Assembly (NCBI GenBank): GCA_963702435.1
Contig: CAVPCR010000002.1
Span: 320,001-384,000 of the forward strand
Source: Candidatus Eiseniibacteriota bacterium
GTDB lineage: Bacteria > Eisenbacteria > RBG-16-71-46 > CAVPCR01
Direction of reading: 5' to 3'
DNA length: 64,000 nt
A program made the translations under genes and the position numbers. Below are positions 61,067 through 64,000 of the stretch, one piece after another. Under the pieces are notes generated by a model. The model saw only the letters and a program-made list of their open reading frames with translations, ran no database searches and was not told the DNA's origin. The first letter of the stretch is position 1. Every line of letters starts with the position of its first letter.

Positions 61067-64000
61067 ATGGCTGATTCGGCGACCGACAAGGACAAGGAAG
61101 CGCCGGGCCGCCGGCCGGGGGGGCCGGCCCTGCGCCGGGCGGCCGCCGGCGCCGCCCTCCTTCTCCTCCTCCCCCTCCTCCTCGCTCTGCTCGCGCTCGC
61201 CGGGCTCCTGGCGAGCGAGCGCATGAGCCGCGCCGCGCTGAACGCCGCTCTCGACCGCGCGGGAGCCGGAGCCGGGATCGCCGTGCACGCGGGAGAACTG
61301 AGCGGCCACTGGGTATCCGGGATCGAGCTCCGCTCCGTGACCATCTCGGTGAACGACACCCTGCTCGCACGGATCGACACCCTGCGGGTCGCGTACGATC
61401 CGCGCCGGCTCCTCGGCCGCGCCGTCGACATCGAGGCGCTCGCGGTGGCGGGGGTCTCGGTCGACCTGGATCGACTGCCGCCCTCCGCGGCTGCGGAGCC
61501 GGAGGCACCGGCAGGCGACCGCCGGCTCTGGCCGTGGCGGCCCCTGCGTGTCGGGACGATCGCGCTCCGCGACGCGGCGATCCGCGGGCGCCGCCTGCCC
61601 GGCGCGCGTTCGCTCGCGATCGCGGACCTCGACGCGCGCATCGATCGGCTCGCGCTCGGGCCGGGGTGGCCGGCCTTCGCGGGCGCGGAGATCGCCGCAC
61701 GGATCGCCGGCGATTCGAGCGGCGCTCTCGCCGGCGACTTCCTCCTCGACGCGAAGGCCAGCCTCGGCGGCGATCGTCTGCGCGTCGCCCACCTCGCCCT
61801 GCGCTCCCCCGGGAGCGTCCTCCATGCCGCGGGCGAGCTCGTGCTCGGAGGCACGGAGGCGATAGCCGCCGCGATCGACACCGCCACGCTCCGCGTGACG
61901 GCACAGCCCCTCGATCTCGCCGAGGTGGCCGCCTTCGTGCCGGGGCTCGACCTCGCGGGCCGGCTCGACCTCGAGGCGGAGCTCGCGGGACCGCGCCGCG
62001 ATGCGCTGAGCGGCCACCTCACGGGTACGCTCGCGGGATTCCGGCACGGGGCATTCACGATACCGCACGCCGCGCTCGACGCGGCGCTCGCCGAGGGGCG
62101 CGCCGAGCTCCGTCTCGACACGTCGCTCGACGGCGCGCCCTTCGCGGTCCGCGGCTGGATCCGCCCGTTCGACCGGGAGCCGGCGTACGAACTGACCGGC
62201 GAGCTCGCGCGGCTTCCGGCACGATCACCAGCGGCCGTTCACCGCTTCGCGGGCAGCGGCGACATCGCCGCCCGCCTCGCCATGACCGGCCGCGGTGTCC
62301 GCCCGGAGGCGATGGACGCGCGCGCCGCGATCGAGCTCCGGCCGGCCTTTCCCGCGCGCCACGACTGGGGCCGCGGCACGATCAGCGCCCGGCTCCGCTC
62401 CGGGGTGCTCGGCGTGGAGGCCGCGCTGGCCGTGGCCGGCGGCACGCTGGACGCCACCGGCGAGGCCGATCTCGCCCGCCGCCAGTTTTCACTCTCGAGC
62501 GCCGCTTTTGCCGGAATCGATCTCTCCCGGCTCGCGCCGGGAACACTGCCGACCGCGCTGAACGGCGAGCTCACGGCCGCCGGGCGCGGCTTCGCGCGCG
62601 ACGAGCTCCGGCTGACCGCCACGCTCGCCCTCGCCCCGAGCCGGATCGGGCGGCACGATCTCGAGCGCGCCCGGCTGCGCGCGGCCCTCGATCCAGGCGA
62701 GCTCGCCGTGAACGGCGAGCTCGTCCTCGACGGAGCGGTGATCACGCTCGATCGCGCCCGGCTCGCGCGCGGCGCGCGCCCCGCCCTCGAGGTCGCGGGA
62801 CTCCGCGTCGCGCACCTGGATCTCGCGCGCCTGTCCGGGCGACCGCGACCGGCGACCGATCTCGGCGGTCGTCTCGAGGCCACGCTCGAGAGCACGCGGC
62901 CGCTCCCCGCCGGCGGCGGGGCAAGCTGGCTCCGGCTGGCCGCGAGCGGCGCGCTCGCGGGGACCGCGCGGCTGGATCTCGCGCCGTCCACCTTCGACAC
63001 CGTGCGCGCGACTTCGGGACGGGCCGAGGTCCGGCTCGCGGGCGGCCACCTGGCCCTCGATGTCGCGGCCACGACCAGCGCCGGCCGGCTGGCGCTCCGC
63101 GGCGGCGCCACGGATCTGGACGGCGATCCCTCCTTCACGCTCGACGAGCTCACGGCCGGCGACCTCGATCTCGCTCCATGGAGCGGACGCCCGGCGCTCG
63201 CCAGCCGTCTCAACGTGGCGGCGACCGCCCGCGGTCGCGGCCTCCGCCGCGGGCGCCTCGTTCTCTCCGGGACGCTCAGCCTCGATCCCTCGCGCGTCGC
63301 GGCGCTCAACTTGACGGGCGGACAGCTTGACTTCGGCGTGGACGACGGCCGCGCGCGCATCGCGGGCCGGATCGCCGGCGCCGGCGGCGCCGCCACGCTC
63401 AGCGCCGAGGCCGAGCTGCGCGGCGAGCGACCGGAGTTCGCCGCTGCGATCGATCTCGAGGTGGCCGATCTCGCCGCGCTCCTCGCGCGCCACGGCGAGC
63501 CGGGTCCACCCGGGTCGGGCCGCCTCGAGGCCCGCATCGTGGGCCGCGGGCGCACGGCCGGCGACCTCGAGCTGACCGGCCAGGCCACGGGGAGCGGCCG
63601 GCTCCGCCTGGCGCGACTCGATTCGCTCGCGCTCGCGCTCCGCATCGCCGGCGGCCGCGTGACGATCGACAGCCTCGTCGTCCGCTCTCCCGTCGCCGAG
63701 GTTCGCGCCGGCGGCGGGGTGCCGCTCACCACCGCCGGGGGCGAGGCCGATCTCACCTTCACCGCGCGCGGCCGCGATCTCGCGCCTCTCGCCGCGATCG
63801 CCGGTCTCGACACGCTCGGGGTCCGCTCCGCCGCGATCGAGGTCCGGCTCAGAGGCCGCCGCGATGCGCTTCGCTTCGCGGGGACCGCGGGCCTCGACCA
63901 CCTCACGATGAACGACCTGCGCCTCGCCCGCTTGAGCGCCAGCGCGAACGGCCGCCTCGACGACTCGCTCCAGGTGGCGGTCGCCAGCGGCGAGCTCGAC
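61067..64000 (+). CDS. TamB/AsmA-like large periplasmic beta-taco protein, N-terminal part; runs off the window edge
   Basis: Not in the ORF track because no stop falls in the window. N-terminal TM LLLLLPLLLALLALAGLL, then GELSGHWVSGIELRSV...RIDTLRVAYDPRRLL and repetitive beta-rich sequence. Confidence 0.75.
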   Translation, partial: MADSATDKDKEAPGRRPGGPALRRAAAGAALLLLLPLLLALLALAGLLASERMSRAALNAALDRAGAGAGIAVHAGELSGHWVSGIELRSVTISVNDTLLARIDTLRVAYDPRRLLGRAVDIEALAVAGVSVDLDRLPPSAAAEPEAPAGDRRLWPWRPLRVGTIALRDAAIRGRRLPGARSLAIADLDARIDRLALGPGWPAFAGAEIAARIAGDSSGALAGDFLLDAKASLGGDRLRVAHLALRSPGSVLHAAGELVLGGTEAIAAAIDTATLRVTAQPLDLAEVAAFVPGLDLAGRLDLEAELAGPRRDALSGHLTGTLAGFRHGAFTIPHAALDAALAEGRAELRLDTSLDGAPFAVRGWIRPFDREPAYELTGELARLPARSPAAVHRFAGSGDIAARLAMTGRGVRPEAMDARAAIELRPAFPARHDWGRGTISARLRSGVLGVEAALAVAGGTLDATGEADLARRQFSLSSAAFAGIDLSRLAPGTLPTALNGELTAAGRGFARDELRLTATLALAPSRIGRHDLERARLRAALDPGELAVNGELVLDGAVITLDRARLARGARPALEVAGLRVAHLDLARLSGRPRPATDLGGRLEATLESTRPLPAGGGASWLRLAASGALAGTARLDLAPSTFDTVRATSGRAEVRLAGGHLALDVAATTSAGRLALRGGATDLDGDPSFTLDELTAGDLDLAPWSGRPALASRLNVAATARGRGLRRGRLVLSGTLSLDPSRVAALNLTGGQLDFGVDDGRARIAGRIAGAGGAATLSAEAELRGERPEFAAAIDLEVADLAALLARHGEPGPPGSGRLEARIVGRGRTAGDLELTGQATGSGRLRLARLDSLALALRIAGGRVTIDSLVVRSPVAEVRAGGGVPLTTAGGEADLTFTARGRDLAPLAAIAGLDTLGVRSAAIEVRLRGRRDALRFAGTAGLDHLTMNDLRLARLSASANGRLDDSLQVAVASGELD

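Overview
Very GC-rich bacterial window, mostly minus-strand genes. Two secreted proteins ending in an FlgD-Ig/T9SS-like C-terminal domain suggest an FCB-affiliated candidate lineage such as Ca. Eisenbacteria; this is inference only. In coordinate order it holds: mcsB (partial) and mcsA; lolD/lolC-E; lysS; a purine block (tandem PurS-like, purQ, purL, purB); an HtrA protease; transaldolase; truA; an orphan EcfT; lnt; a Gfo/Idh/MocA oxidoreductase; a signalling module at about 16.5-20.5 kb; a PKD/cohesin/dockerin surface protein; an O-antigen-ligase-TPR protein; a beta-helix protein; an RsbU-RsbV-RsbW set; a moxR-DUF58-bat operon; a PpiC foldase; a tad/Flp pilus operon with a collapsed tadG remnant; a six-CxxCH secreted cytochrome; an Ald-like protein; a CoA-transferase; YjbQ; a second HtrA; and a partial TamB-like gene. 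The best candidate for an undescribed system is the 16.5-20.5 kb module. It contains a conserved-looking hypothetical gene, a structured leader RNA that can pair around an unannotated 21-aa Trp-terminated hydrophobic peptide ORF with a perfect RBS, a membrane-bound HD-GYP phosphodiesterase, and a sensor-less sigma-54 activator. No rRNA, tRNA, CRISPR array or transposase was recognised. Clustered single-base insertions in two conserved genes look like consensus errors.
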